Source of the DNA: Thermostichales cyanobacterium HHBFW_bins_127
GTDB lineage: Bacteria; Cyanobacteriota; Cyanobacteriia; Thermostichales; Thermostichaceae
Length of the DNA: 64,000 nucleotides
Assembly: GCA_039794745.1 (NCBI GenBank)
Contig: JAUQVP010000001.1
Coordinates: 20,710-84,709 of the forward strand
Direction of reading: 5' to 3'
Shown in pieces: positions 17,160-26,779 of the stretch. The notes under the pieces were generated by a model, which was not told the DNA's origin, made no database searches, and saw only the letters and a list, made by a program, of their open reading frames with translations. A program made the translations under genes and the position numbers. Within the stretch, counting starts at the first letter, position 1, and every line of letters starts with the position of its first letter.

Positions 17160-18311
17160 ATGACCCAGGCAAAACCGTTGCTGTCTCCTGTTGACATGGA
17201 TGTGGACAGCCTTTCAGAACCGGCTGATTTGCCCAATGAGTTTGATGAGGACACGGACACCGAAGACAGTGATGAGTCGGTGGAAGGTGCCCTAGAGGAG
17301 GATGGGGCAAAAGGACGCTCCCGCAAACGGGTGCCGGCGAAGAAAAAGCCCTACACGGATGACTCGATCCGGGTTTATTTGCAGGAAATCGGTCGGATTC
17401 GTTTGCTGCGGGCGGATGAGGAAATCGAGCTAGCTCGGGAAATTGCCGACCTGCTGGAGTTGGAACGGGTACGGGATCACCTGGCCGACCAAAAGGGGGA
17501 TTTTCGTAACCCCGACTGTGTCAGTGTGGAGGAATGGGCGGCGGCGCTGTCAATGGATGTGATGGAGTTTCGTCGCCGTTTGCACCGAGGGCGCCGGGCT
17601 AAGGACAAGATGGTCCAGTCCAATTTGCGCCTGGTGGTCTCGATTGCCAAGAAGTATATGAACCGAGGCCTGTCGTTCCAGGACCTGATCCAGGAGGGAT
17701 CGTTGGGGTTGATTCGGGCGGCGGAAAAGTTCGACCACGAGAAGGGCTATAAGTTTTCCACCTATGCCACGTGGTGGATCCGCCAGGCGATTACGCGGGC
17801 GATTGCGGATCAGTCACGGACGATTCGGCTGCCGGTGCACCTGTACGAGACGATCTCGCGGATTAAGAAGGTGACGAAGCTGTTGTCCCAGGAGTTGGGG
17901 CGCAAGCCATCGGAGGAAGAAATTGCCACCCGCATGGAAATGACCATTGAGAAGCTGCGCTTTATTGCTAAGTCGGCCCAGTTGCCTATCTCCCTGGAGA
18001 CCCCCATCGGTAAGGAGGAAGATTCCCGTTTAGGGGACTTTATTGAGTCGGATGGGGAAACCCCTGAAGACCGTTTGGCGAAGGTGCTGCTGCGGGAGGA
18101 TCTGGAAAATGTCCTGCATACCCTCACCGGGCGAGAGCGGGATGTGCTGAAGCTGCGCTACGGCCTCGATGATGGGCGGATGAAAACCCTGGAGGAAATC
18201 GGGCAGATCTTTAATGTGACCCGGGAGCGGATCCGCCAAATTGAGGCGAAGGCGTTGCGCAAGTTGCGCCACCCCAACCGCAATAGTGTCCTCAAGGAAT
18301 ACATCCGCTAA
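17160..18311 (+). CDS. sigA: RNA polymerase sigma factor, sigma-70 family (principal/group-1-like)
   Basis: 383 aa. Acidic N-terminal region. Region 1.2 [26 protein letters not shown], region 2 [31 protein letters not shown], and regions 3/4 including [15 protein letters not shown] and a C-terminal RpoD box. The ~70-aa N-terminal extension favours group 1 over group 2, but this cannot be proven here. Confidence 0.75.
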   Translation: MTQAKPLLSPVDMDVDSLSEPADLPNEFDEDTDTEDSDESVEGALEEDGAKGRSRKRVPAKKKPYTDDSIRVYLQEIGRIRLLRADEEIELAREIADLLELERVRDHLADQKGDFRNPDCVSVEEWAAALSMDVMEFRRRLHRGRRAKDKMVQSNLRLVVSIAKKYMNRGLSFQDLIQEGSLGLIRAAEKFDHEKGYKFSTYATWWIRQAITRAIADQSRTIRLPVHLYETISRIKKVTKLLSQELGRKPSEEEIATRMEMTIEKLRFIAKSAQLPISLETPIGKEEDSRLGDFIESDGETPEDRLAKVLLREDLENVLHTLTGRERDVLKLRYGLDDGRMKTLEEIGQIFNVTRERIRQIEAKALRKLRHPNRNSVLKEYIR

Positions 18312-18982
18312 AACACGTCAATGGCAACCTGACCAGGCAACACAAAGCTCGGCCGCGCCACCACCACAGCCCCAGCCACCGGGATCCCGGCTTGGTTGAG
18401 GGCTTGACAGGCGCTGGCGATGGTGGCGCCGGTGGTGAAAATGTCATCCACCAACAAGACGGGAAAACTAGGCTGGGCACGCACCTGAAAGGCTTGCTCC
18501 AGGTTCTGTTGCCGTTGCCCAGCGGTCAGGCCGTATTGGGGGGTGGTGGCCCGCTGCCGCTGCAGTCCCTGGGGCAGATGCCGGCAGCCAGTCACCTGGC
18601 AAAACCGCTCGCTGATCAGTTCCGCTTGGTTGTAGCCCCGCTGTTTTTGTTTCTCAGGATGCAGAGGAATCGGTACCACCGACCAATGGCGTCCCCAACT
18701 CCAAGCTGCCCCTAACCACTCCCCCAAGATGTGACCAATCTGGGGCTGCCGGTCATACTTGAGCCGCCGCAAGGCCTGCTTCAAGGATCCCTCGTACTTG
18801 CCCCAGGCATAAACCTGCACAGCCTGACCCCCAGGCAACACTACCCGGGATCCCCAGGTGGGGTAGCGCAATTCCTGGAGCTGGCGGCGACAATCACGGC
18901 AAAAACAGCCCTGCCCCCCCTGGCGCACCGGGCGCTGACACAAACTACAACTGGGGATCCACAGCCAATCCAACCAACCCAT
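18308..18982 (-). CDS. ComF family protein (double zinc-ribbon + phosphoribosyltransferase domain)
   Basis: 224 aa. N-terminal Cys pairs CSLCQRP...CRDC. C-terminal PRTase motif [14 protein letters not shown]. Confidence 0.65.
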   Translation of the reverse strand: MGWLDWLWIPSCSLCQRPVRQGGQGCFCRDCRRQLQELRYPTWGSRVVLPGGQAVQVYAWGKYEGSLKQALRRLKYDRQPQIGHILGEWLGAAWSWGRHWSVVPIPLHPEKQKQRGYNQAELISERFCQVTGCRHLPQGLQRQRATTPQYGLTAGQRQQNLEQAFQVRAQPSFPVLLVDDIFTTGATIASACQALNQAGIPVAGAVVVARPSFVLPGQVAIDVF

Positions 18983-18997
18983 CTTGCCGCCTTTCCT

Positions 18998-19594
18998 CTA
19001 TAGCTGGGGGAGCACTGGATCCTCAATCACCAGGGGTTCACGGATACCCCGCAGCCGCAGGCGCACCGTCCGCACCGGCGCTAAACCCGGAGCCGGGATC
19101 CAAGCGGTCGTGGGGCGAAACTGCTGACCCGAGTCCGGCCCCAACCCAGTCCCTACAGCCCTCCGGGATGCTGATTCCCCTGCCGGCAGAATCGGGGTGC
19201 TTTGCTCTAGACGGGGTCGCAGGGGGCGAAAGGTAGCTTCAATCAAACCTAAGTTAGGGTTACTGCGCCCGCCATCTAACCCTAAACCGGGATCCCCTGC
19301 AGGGAGAACCACAAACGACTTGGCCAGATGTTGGGGGCGTTGTAGCCGCACCCGGCCCTGGCAGACCAGCCCTCGCATCACTTGTAGCCCATCAATTTTC
19401 ACATCCACAGCACTGGCATACAGGGGACAGCGAAACTCCAGCTCATAGGGAGTGTTCACCTGGACCGGCACGTGGCCCTGGGCATCCGCAGGGCGCGGGA
19501 TCCCTTCTTGGAGGACGATCATTGCTACGGGTTGGGGCAGTGTCGCTGTCCTTGCCCCGGTCAAGCCCACCAGTCCTATGAGAAGCAGCCACAT
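18998..19594 (-). CDS. secreted hypothetical protein
   Basis: 198 aa with signal-peptide-like start MWLLLIGLVGLTGARTA. No recognisable domain. Confidence 0.4.
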   Translation of the reverse strand: MWLLLIGLVGLTGARTATLPQPVAMIVLQEGIPRPADAQGHVPVQVNTPYELEFRCPLYASAVDVKIDGLQVMRGLVCQGRVRLQRPQHLAKSFVVLPAGDPGLGLDGGRSNPNLGLIEATFRPLRPRLEQSTPILPAGESASRRAVGTGLGPDSGQQFRPTTAWIPAPGLAPVRTVRLRLRGIREPLVIEDPVLPQL

Positions 19595-19599
19595 CGTCT

Positions 19600-20870
19600 A
19601 GCTCCCGAGCTCTGTTTTGAGTATGGCGAACATGGACAGCGCTGTGCAAAAGGTTACGAATTGAGCAACAATCTGCTGGTTAGCTGGCCATTGCAGAGTG
19701 ACAGTAACTCAAAAGGGACAAACTACCCATCCAAGATGGGGCAAAGTAGAGCTTATATGACAGAGGGAGGCGAGACTCAACATCCTTGTGTTACTGCCTC
19801 GCAAGTGCTCATCAAGTCAGCACCAGTTCAAAACTTAGATATTTCCCCTGACACTATCTTCAGGTTACTGAAAAATGTACTCACCGATCCGGAGGTAAGG
19901 CACGTGGTCTTTTAGGAATTGGCATTCCCTCTCGGCTAAAAGCTAGTTTGATTAAAATGGAGGAAAAAGAAAATGAATGAAGAAAAAGAAATCAGCAAAA
20001 TCATATCCTACATAAGCCGAATCAACCCAATCGGAGCTCTAGCACTAACAGTAAAGTACCGCGTAGACCCCGAAGTCCCAACCCTAGCAGTAGCATCCTA
20101 TTCAGAAATCACCTACCACCCAGACTTCTTTAAACTCACAGACAAGGAAAAAGCAGGCCTGATGTTCCACGAAGTCCTTCACATCACCTTGCTCCACCCA
20201 GACCGAGCCAGAAAATTAGAAGACCCCTACATAGCAAACATCGCTATGGATCTAATCATCAACTACATCATTGAATACGAGTACAGAAATTACTTGAAAC
20301 TCCCAGAGGGAGCTATCACCTTTGACCTCCCAGAGTTCAAAAAAGCAACTCAAATAAAACAACCAAGAGAATGGGAAACCATAGAACTCTACAACTGGAT
20401 ACTAACTCAAAAAACATCACAAAAAACTTAGCTAAAGACCTAAAAGATCTACCCGAAACCAATAACAACCAAACACAAAGCAATAACCAAACACAATCAA
20501 ACAACAAACAAATACAATCAGATGAAACAGATGAACAACAAACAAAAACAGGGAGTACAGAAGAAAAATCACAAACCAAGAACTCAAGATTCGAGGAAGA
20601 ACTCGAAAAAATAACATCAAAAACACCGTCCGAAACATCAAAGCCAGATCCGCAGGCAGAATCAGCAACTCAATCCTCAAAGAAATCGAACAAGCCTACA
20701 ACGATACCCCTGAATCTGACTGGAAAAAATCCTCGAAAGACTCATCAAGGAAAGTATCGCATCAAGATCAAAAATCACCTACGGTAGACCGTGCTTTTCC
20801 TTTGATTGCCGTAAGGCGTTGAGCACTAAACTACTGTAGTGCTGCCCATTGAGCTGAACTAGGGTGGTCA
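19600..20870. other. low-GC (~40%) compositional island with extreme A+C bias on the plus strand, bounded by normal ~60% GC genes
   Basis: Read directly: for example, 20461-20520 contains about 38 A, 16 C, 5 T and 1 G. GGGATCCC copies are absent inside the island. A hairpin (agcacta-N8-tagtgct, 20821-20843) lies at its right end. Confidence 0.7.
19973..20431 (+). CDS. putative zinc metallopeptidase-like protein with HExxH-x4-H motif (DUF2201_N-like); possibly truncated or pseudogene
   Basis: Strong SD (GGAGG) 8 nt upstream of the ATG. 152 aa containing MFHEVLHITLLH, an HEVLH+H spacing that matches the putative metallopeptidase domain found N-terminal to VWA-like DUF2201 proteins (from memory). 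A/C-ending codon usage is unlike the rest of the window. The frame ends in A-runs, and no VWA-like C-terminal part follows in frame. Confidence 0.4.
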   Translation: MNEEKEISKIISYISRINPIGALALTVKYRVDPEVPTLAVASYSEITYHPDFFKLTDKEKAGLMFHEVLHITLLHPDRARKLEDPYIANIAMDLIINYIIEYEYRNYLKLPEGAITFDLPEFKKATQIKQPREWETIELYNWILTQKTSQKT

Positions 20871-20932
20871 TATTCAGTGAAATCAAAATCTCTCTCTCAG
20901 CAAGTCAAGACGGGGAAAAAATAACAGCAGCT

Positions 20933-21316
20933 TTAGGATCCCCTGAGATCGGCTATGGCAGCCATTTCCACCAAAAACTCCTCCCGCACCAAGCCCGCCT
21001 GGATGACATAGCGAGCCGGCAGTACCCCGGAAAAATAGCTGCGATACACCTCATTCATGCCCGGGTAATCGGCAAAGTCCTTGAGAAAAACCTGACAAAA
21101 TACAATATCATCCATCTTCCCCCCCGCTGCCACCAGCAACCGTTGCATCGCCTCCAGCACCGCCCGAGTTTGGGTTTGGATATCGCTGCCGATAACTTTG
21201 CCCTCACTGTCCATGGCCAAGGTTCCGGAAATATAGAGGGTGGTTCCCACTTTGACCGCCGGGGAATAGGGGGCAATGGTGGGAAATCCCGACACCGTCA
21301 CCAGTTCTTTGCCCAT
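20933..21316 (-). CDS. RidA/YjgF family reactive-intermediate (enamine/imine) deaminase
   Basis: 127 aa with PYSPAVKVGTTLYISGTLAMDSEGKV and a C-terminal motif (C-terminal ARYVIQAG...VEMAAIA) typical of the YjgF/RidA family. Confidence 0.8.
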   Translation of the reverse strand: MGKELVTVSGFPTIAPYSPAVKVGTTLYISGTLAMDSEGKVIGSDIQTQTRAVLEAMQRLLVAAGGKMDDIVFCQVFLKDFADYPGMNEVYRSYFSGVLPARYVIQAGLVREEFLVEMAAIADLRGS

Positions 21317-21365
21317 GGGCTACTCCTGAATCGTGCTGCTATTATCAATCACCCCCACACCTAAC

Positions 21366-22937
21366 TCAAGAGGGATCCCGAAGGATATAGCTGAGGCTGA
21401 GCAAGCCCCCCCCTACCAGTACCAGCAGCAGCACCCGCCAGATGGGATCCACCAGGGCTAGGTCCAGCAGCAGTAGCCGCAACACCGTCACCCCAATGGT
21501 GATCAAGCCACCGCGGCGCCAATCCTGCCGATCCCGTTGTCGTCCCAGGGCGATCAAGGCCATCCCCGCCCCGGCCCACCCCAAGCTAGTTAGGGATCCC
21601 GCTTCCCGCTGTAGCCACAGCAAGCTGCCGATGTAAGCTCCCCAGCCATAGAGGGACTTCCAGGCGGGCAGGTGATAGGCACAGGCAGCAGCCCCGGCAA
21701 TCACAGCCCCCAAGCCCAGGGTCAAACCGTTCAGCAGGGGGGGTTCAGAGGGGAGGGCCAAGGCAGCGACCCCACTCACCATTGCCAGCAGGCCCCAAAA
21801 CCCGTGCCCCACCCCGCTCATCAAGGCCGAGCCATAGTGGATCCCCAAGCGGTGGAGGAGCCAGCCTTGGGCGGCCAAGGGGATCAGCACCATCCCTTCC
21901 CCGCGGATGCCAATCACCAAGGCAGTGCCCAGGATCCCTAGGATTTGTCCCGTCAGCAGCCACAGGGATTCCCAGGGGCGGGGCAGTAGCCGACTCCCCA
22001 CCAGGATTATTGCCCCCAATCCCAAGGCGGCCCAGCCCCCCTGTTCAGCACCCCAGTCCCACAACAGCCAAGAAGCCAGCAGCACCAGCCCAGGATTAGC
22101 CAAGGCAATCCCATCCCCCTCCAGTCCCCGCCCCCGCAGCAGCGGCAGCCCAGCATAGCTCAGCCCCGCCACCCCCACAATCCCCTGCATCCCCCAGCGG
22201 GATCCCGTCGTGCCGGCGGCAACCAGCAGGATCAACCACCCCAGTCCAAAAGAAGTAAGCACAAAGCCCTGCCAGCCCTTGCGGACATAGATCCCCAAGC
22301 TCGTCAGCATCAGCAACAGGGTGTAGAGCCCCAATGCCAAGGGGGATCCCGGTTCTTGATAGAGGACAAAGGGGGTGGCCAGCCCGCCGGTGATGCCCAC
22401 ATAGGCAAAAGCCGGTCGGTTTTGCCCCAGAGCCAGCCCAAAGGCAACCACCGTCACCGCCACCATCAACCCAAAAGCGACCGAAAATGGGACCAGCTGC
22501 AGCACCTGATAGGCGGCAAAACCCGTGATATAAAACGTTGCCAGCCCGCCCCCCTGGAGATACTGGCTCAGCAGCAGCCGTTGCGATAGCCGTATCCCCA
22601 GCCCCAGCAAAGCTGCCCCCACCAGCAACCCCAACCCCAGCAACAGTTGCGGCGTGAACCAGCCCTGATCCACCCCATAGAGAAACAAAAACCCAATTCC
22701 CAGCAAAAATAGCCCGATCCCCAAGCGATTCAGCCCTGCTTGCCAATCTTGCAGCCAATCTGCCTTCACGGGTGGTGGCGGTTCAGGCTCCATGAACACC
22801 GCTGGCTCCAGCCTAGTTGCCGCGGGCAGGGACTGCCGCTGCCCTTGCAGCCGTTGCATGGCCGCCTGCAACTCCGCCACCTGGGCCTCTAGCACCTCGA
22901 TGCGCCGCCGCAAATCATCCTGCCCATCCATACACAT
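21366..22937 (-). CDS. multi-pass membrane protein with N-terminal coiled coil (DUF2339-like architecture)
   Basis: 523 aa. N-terminal coiled coil (RRRIEVLEAQVAELQAAMQRLQGQ) followed by at least 12 Gly/Leu-rich TM segments. Family assignment is tentative. Confidence 0.5.
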   Translation of the reverse strand: MCMDGQDDLRRRIEVLEAQVAELQAAMQRLQGQRQSLPAATRLEPAVFMEPEPPPPVKADWLQDWQAGLNRLGIGLFLLGIGFLFLYGVDQGWFTPQLLLGLGLLVGAALLGLGIRLSQRLLLSQYLQGGGLATFYITGFAAYQVLQLVPFSVAFGLMVAVTVVAFGLALGQNRPAFAYVGITGGLATPFVLYQEPGSPLALGLYTLLLMLTSLGIYVRKGWQGFVLTSFGLGWLILLVAAGTTGSRWGMQGIVGVAGLSYAGLPLLRGRGLEGDGIALANPGLVLLASWLLWDWGAEQGGWAALGLGAIILVGSRLLPRPWESLWLLTGQILGILGTALVIGIRGEGMVLIPLAAQGWLLHRLGIHYGSALMSGVGHGFWGLLAMVSGVAALALPSEPPLLNGLTLGLGAVIAGAAACAYHLPAWKSLYGWGAYIGSLLWLQREAGSLTSLGWAGAGMALIALGRQRDRQDWRRGGLITIGVTVLRLLLLDLALVDPIWRVLLLVLVGGGLLSLSYILRDPS

Positions 22938-23059
22938 CCAAGCTAGGGATCCCCTTTACTCTAGACCCAAGCGGGAGTCAAAACTGGCTTAAGAAAATTG
23001 AAAGAAACCTTTCGGAGATTGCGGGTATAATATCCGGGAAGCGGCGGGAAGAGGTGGGG

Positions 23060-23581
23060 ATGGCAGAAAAATTTTTAGGGTCAATTTTACTGGTTGACGA
23101 CACCCTCGAGAACTTGGAAGTCTTGGATGAGATGCTCTCGGAAAAGGGCTATGAGACGCGCAGTGCCAGCAGTGGTCAGATGGCCTTGCGGGCTGCCCAA
23201 GCGGATCCCCCAGACCTGATTTTGTTGGACATTATGATGCCGGATATGGACGGCTATGAAGTCTGCACCCGTCTTAAAAGCAGTTCAGAGACTTGGAATA
23301 TCCCGATTATTTTTATCAGTGCCCTCGATGATGTCATTGATAAAGTGCGGGCTTTTCAAGTAGGTGGGGTAGATTACTTAACCAAACCCTTTTTTGTTGA
23401 TGAAGTGATTGCCCGCGTAGAAGTGCATCTGGAAAATTCTTATTTGCAGAGGCTTTTGCAAGAGCGCGCTGACAACATGGAACAAGTCCAGGAAACCATC
23501 GCCACCCTTAAAGATAGGGTGCAAGCTCTAGAGTCTCGCTTACGCCAAGCAGGCATCGATCCCGATCAAGTTTACCGCTAG
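23060..23581 (+). CDS. response regulator (single REC domain with C-terminal coiled coil)
   Basis: Start chosen at MAEKF (23060). The ORF extends upstream to 22817, but that portion overlaps the convergent membrane-protein gene. REC motifs ILLVDD, phospho-acceptor region LILLDIMMPDMDG and the conserved T/K region. C-terminal heptad region (QETIATLKDRVQALESRLRQ). Confidence 0.75.
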   Translation: MAEKFLGSILLVDDTLENLEVLDEMLSEKGYETRSASSGQMALRAAQADPPDLILLDIMMPDMDGYEVCTRLKSSSETWNIPIIFISALDDVIDKVRAFQVGGVDYLTKPFFVDEVIARVEVHLENSYLQRLLQERADNMEQVQETIATLKDRVQALESRLRQAGIDPDQVYR

Positions 23582-23590
23582 GAGAGCCTG

Positions 23591-26500
23591 ATGAAACTTG
23601 GGGGGCTCTCGCTGCGCTGGGTCATTGTTATTCCTTTTGCCATGATCACAGCCTTGAGTGGGGTTGCGGTGGCCGGTATTTTTTGGCAGGGAAAGCAGCG
23701 GGACATTGCCCTTGTGGTGGACGAACTCGAAGCCATGCTCAATCAGCGTATTCAAGAGCGTTTGACCGAGTTTTTGGAAAACCCGAATGCAATGAACCGC
23801 ATCAATGCCGAACTGGTTCGCAAAGGGATTTTGAAAACCCAAGACCCCAACAGTGAGATTTTTTTGCAGCAGCAGTTGCGGGGGGTGGCGGATCTCAGTT
23901 GGGTATACTATGGAGCAGCAGCGGACGGATCCTTTGTGGCAGCAACCCGTCTGACTGAGGATCAAACCATTCAAACCTTTATCAGTGACCAGACAACCAA
24001 TTTTATCGGCACCTATTTGGACGAAAACCGGCAAATTATTCGCCAAACTCGTCCCTACGATGCCCGCAACCGTCCTTGGTTTCAATCTGCTATTCAGCAG
24101 CAGCAGGCAGTGTGGACAGATATTTATGCCTCCTTTAATACGGGGGATCTGCTGATTACAGCCGCTATGCCAGTTTATGACAGCCAACAACAACTGCTAG
24201 GTGTGGTTGCAACTGATTACTCCCTAGAAGGCATTAGTCAATTTCTGCAACGCCTCAAAGTTGGCCGCACAGGGATCGTCCTGATTGCCGATACAGCGGG
24301 GAATTTGGTTGCCGACAGCACCGGCACACCAATCTTCCATCTCGATGACCAAACCCTTAGCCGGGAACGCCTTGTGAACAGCCGGGATCCCCTGCGGCGG
24401 GAGGTAGGGCAACTGCTACTGAATCATATTGCCCACTCCGGTGGCTTTAACCCCACCCTTAAGCAACGCTTGGAAATTGAACAAACCCGCTATTTCCTTC
24501 GCATGGAACGCTACCGGGATCAGCAAAATTTAGTCTGGTGGATCATCACTCTGATTCCAGAAACCGATTTCCTTGCTCCTTTACAGGAAAATCTCAGGAC
24601 GACCTTTCTGTTGAGTAGTGCCGGGGTTTTAGCAGCAGTAATTTTGGGATCTGTGCTCGCCGCTGCCATCGTGATACCCGTGAGGAGATTAGGCTTAGTC
24701 AGTCAGTCTTTGGCTGCCGGACAATGGCAACAAACCTTACCACCAACCTTTGGGATCTTGGAGCTAAGGTCTCTGTCCGGATCTTTTGCCCAAATGTCAC
24801 AGCAATTGCAGAATTCCTATCAAGAACTGCAAGCTATTAATGCTGAGCTAGAAAAACGCGTGGTCGAACGAACCCAAGCCCTACAAAACCAAGAAGCTTT
24901 ATTTCGGGGTGTTTTTGAAAATGCCCCCGTTGGGATTGTTTTAGACCGAATCAGCGGTGAGTTTGTCATGGCTAATCCTGCCATGGAAAAAATCTTAGGC
25001 TATAGCCTGGCCGAACTGCAGCATGTCACCTATCGAGACTATACCCATCCAGAAGATTTGGCCATCGAAGACCAGCTTTGGCAAGAACTGATCAACGGAT
25101 CACGAGAGTTCTATACCCTGGAGAAACGCTGCCGCCATCACTCGGGTCAGGAACTGTGGATCGCTGCCGATGTCTCCCTCATCTGCGATCAAGCAGGGAT
25201 CCCTCAATTCAGCTTGGCGATTTTACAGGATATTACTAGCCTCAAAGAAGCAGAACTGGAAAAAGAAAAAGCCAGGCAAAGTGCCGAAGCGGCCAATCGG
25301 GCTAAAAGTACTTTTCTGGCGAATATGAGCCACGAATTGCGCACCCCCCTCAATGCCATCATCGGCTTCAGCCAACTGCTCAACCGGGATCCCCAACTAT
25401 CGGAAAAGCAGCGGCAAACCTTAGGAACTATTTTGCGCAGTGGCGAACATCTTTTGGGCTTGATCAATGATGTGCTGGATATGGCCAAAATTGAGGCTGG
25501 CAAAATTGTCCTGCAACCGGTAACATTCGACCTATTTGCCATGCTCGATACGCTCCAGGAAATGCTCTCGGTACGAGCGGAAGCCAAAAACCTTTATCTG
25601 CGCTTTGATCGGGATCCTCAATTGCCCCGGTGGATTATTACGGACGAAAGGAAGCTGCGGCAAGTTTTAATTAATATCATCGGCAATGGGATTAAGTTTA
25701 CCCAAACTGGTGGGGTTGAGGTTGTGGTGCGGGTTGTGGAAGCTGGGGATCCGGTGACTTTGAGTTTTGCGATTAGGGATACGGGTTTGGGGATGACACC
25801 GGAAGAGGTGGGGATGCTATTTCAGGCATTTGTGCAGACGGATACTAGCAAAAAAGTGAGTGAGGGGACGGGTTTGGGATTGGTGATCAGCCGTCAGTTT
25901 GCCCGGCTGATGGATGGGGAGATTAGCGTGAGTAGCCAAAAGGGGGTGGGGACGACCTTTACGGTAAGGATTCGGGCTGGCTGTGCTTCTGGTTGTGCTG
26001 CTGGCGTCACGGAAGCGCCGGTGACCGGTTTGCTGCCGGGACAGCCGACCTATCGAATTTTGGTGGCTGACGATCACAAAGACAATCGGGAGCTGATCGA
26101 TCAATTGCTAACGGGAGTAGGATTTCAGGTGAAGCAGGCTAGCAATGGCCAGGAAGCTTTAGCCTTGAGTCAAGCTTGGTTGCCCGATTTGGTTTTCATG
26201 GACAAGCAGATGCCGGTGATGGATGGCTGGACAGCTAGCCGCTTGCTCAAGCAGCAGTTTCCTCAGGTCAAGGTGATTGCCTTGTCAGCGAGCGTGTTTG
26301 AGCAGGATCGGGAAGCCTGGGAGAGTGTGGGCTGCGATGCCTTTATCCCCAAACCTTTTCAAGAAAATCAGCTTTTTCAAGCTCTAGAGCAGCATCTTGG
26401 GGTGCGATTCAGCCGTAGCACCGTCAGTTTTGCCCCTGCTGCTCCCAAGCCTAGCTTCGTACTCAGCCCGGAAACCCTGGCTGTCATGCCCCGCTCCTGG

Positions 26501-26683
26501 ATTGAAGCCTTGCACCAAGCCGCCACCACCCTCAGCAACCGTAAACTGCGCCAGCTTGTCAGCGCTATCCCCCCTGAGCACCAGGACCTAGCCCAAACCC
26601 TGCAAACTCTGGTTAAAAAAGTTCAGATTGACCCCATCCTGGCTGTCACCACGGCTATCCTCTATCCCCCCGACAATTCTTAA
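23591..26683 (+). CDS. hybrid sensor histidine kinase (periplasmic sensor domain, TM, HAMP, PAS, HisKA, HATPase_c, REC)
   Basis: 1030 aa. H-box SHELRTPLNAIIGF, N/G boxes (IIGNGIKFT, GTGLGLVIS) and a C-terminal receiver (ILVADDHKDNRELI...FMDKQMPVMDG...KVIALSA). A PAS-like region after the second TM. Confidence 0.85.
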   Translation: MKLGGLSLRWVIVIPFAMITALSGVAVAGIFWQGKQRDIALVVDELEAMLNQRIQERLTEFLENPNAMNRINAELVRKGILKTQDPNSEIFLQQQLRGVADLSWVYYGAAADGSFVAATRLTEDQTIQTFISDQTTNFIGTYLDENRQIIRQTRPYDARNRPWFQSAIQQQQAVWTDIYASFNTGDLLITAAMPVYDSQQQLLGVVATDYSLEGISQFLQRLKVGRTGIVLIADTAGNLVADSTGTPIFHLDDQTLSRERLVNSRDPLRREVGQLLLNHIAHSGGFNPTLKQRLEIEQTRYFLRMERYRDQQNLVWWIITLIPETDFLAPLQENLRTTFLLSSAGVLAAVILGSVLAAAIVIPVRRLGLVSQSLAAGQWQQTLPPTFGILELRSLSGSFAQMSQQLQNSYQELQAINAELEKRVVERTQALQNQEALFRGVFENAPVGIVLDRISGEFVMANPAMEKILGYSLAELQHVTYRDYTHPEDLAIEDQLWQELINGSREFYTLEKRCRHHSGQELWIAADVSLICDQAGIPQFSLAILQDITSLKEAELEKEKARQSAEAANRAKSTFLANMSHELRTPLNAIIGFSQLLNRDPQLSEKQRQTLGTILRSGEHLLGLINDVLDMAKIEAGKIVLQPVTFDLFAMLDTLQEMLSVRAEAKNLYLRFDRDPQLPRWIITDERKLRQVLINIIGNGIKFTQTGGVEVVVRVVEAGDPVTLSFAIRDTGLGMTPEEVGMLFQAFVQTDTSKKVSEGTGLGLVISRQFARLMDGEISVSSQKGVGTTFTVRIRAGCASGCAAGVTEAPVTGLLPGQPTYRILVADDHKDNRELIDQLLTGVGFQVKQASNGQEALALSQAWLPDLVFMDKQMPVMDGWTASRLLKQQFPQVKVIALSASVFEQDREAWESVGCDAFIPKPFQENQLFQALEQHLGVRFSRSTVSFAPAAPKPSFVLSPETLAVMPRSWIEALHQAATTLSNRKLRQLVSAIPPEHQDLAQTLQTLVKKVQIDPILAVTTAILYPPDNS

Positions 26684-26779
26684 GAACCATCACCCAACAT
26701 AAACTTGTCTGAAGCTGTTGTTACAACCTGCCATCTCCCATGGTAATGGTATCGAAAATAACAGGGAGAACTGAAACGC

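Noticed and set aside
20371-20822. Overlapping ORFs 20371-20787 and 20535-20822 in the low-GC island (Asn/Gln/Thr/Lys-rich)
   Set aside because: The strand is almost free of T and G, so TAA/TAG/TGA are rare and every frame is open by chance. There is no RBS and the composition is not protein-like. They are treated as non-coding or decayed sequence, with the caveat noted in the findings.
22817-23059. N-terminal 81-codon extension of the response-regulator ORF
   Set aside because: The extension overlaps the 5' part of the convergent 523-aa membrane-protein gene. The REC domain begins at the internal Met 23060, which is preceded by a purine-rich stretch.
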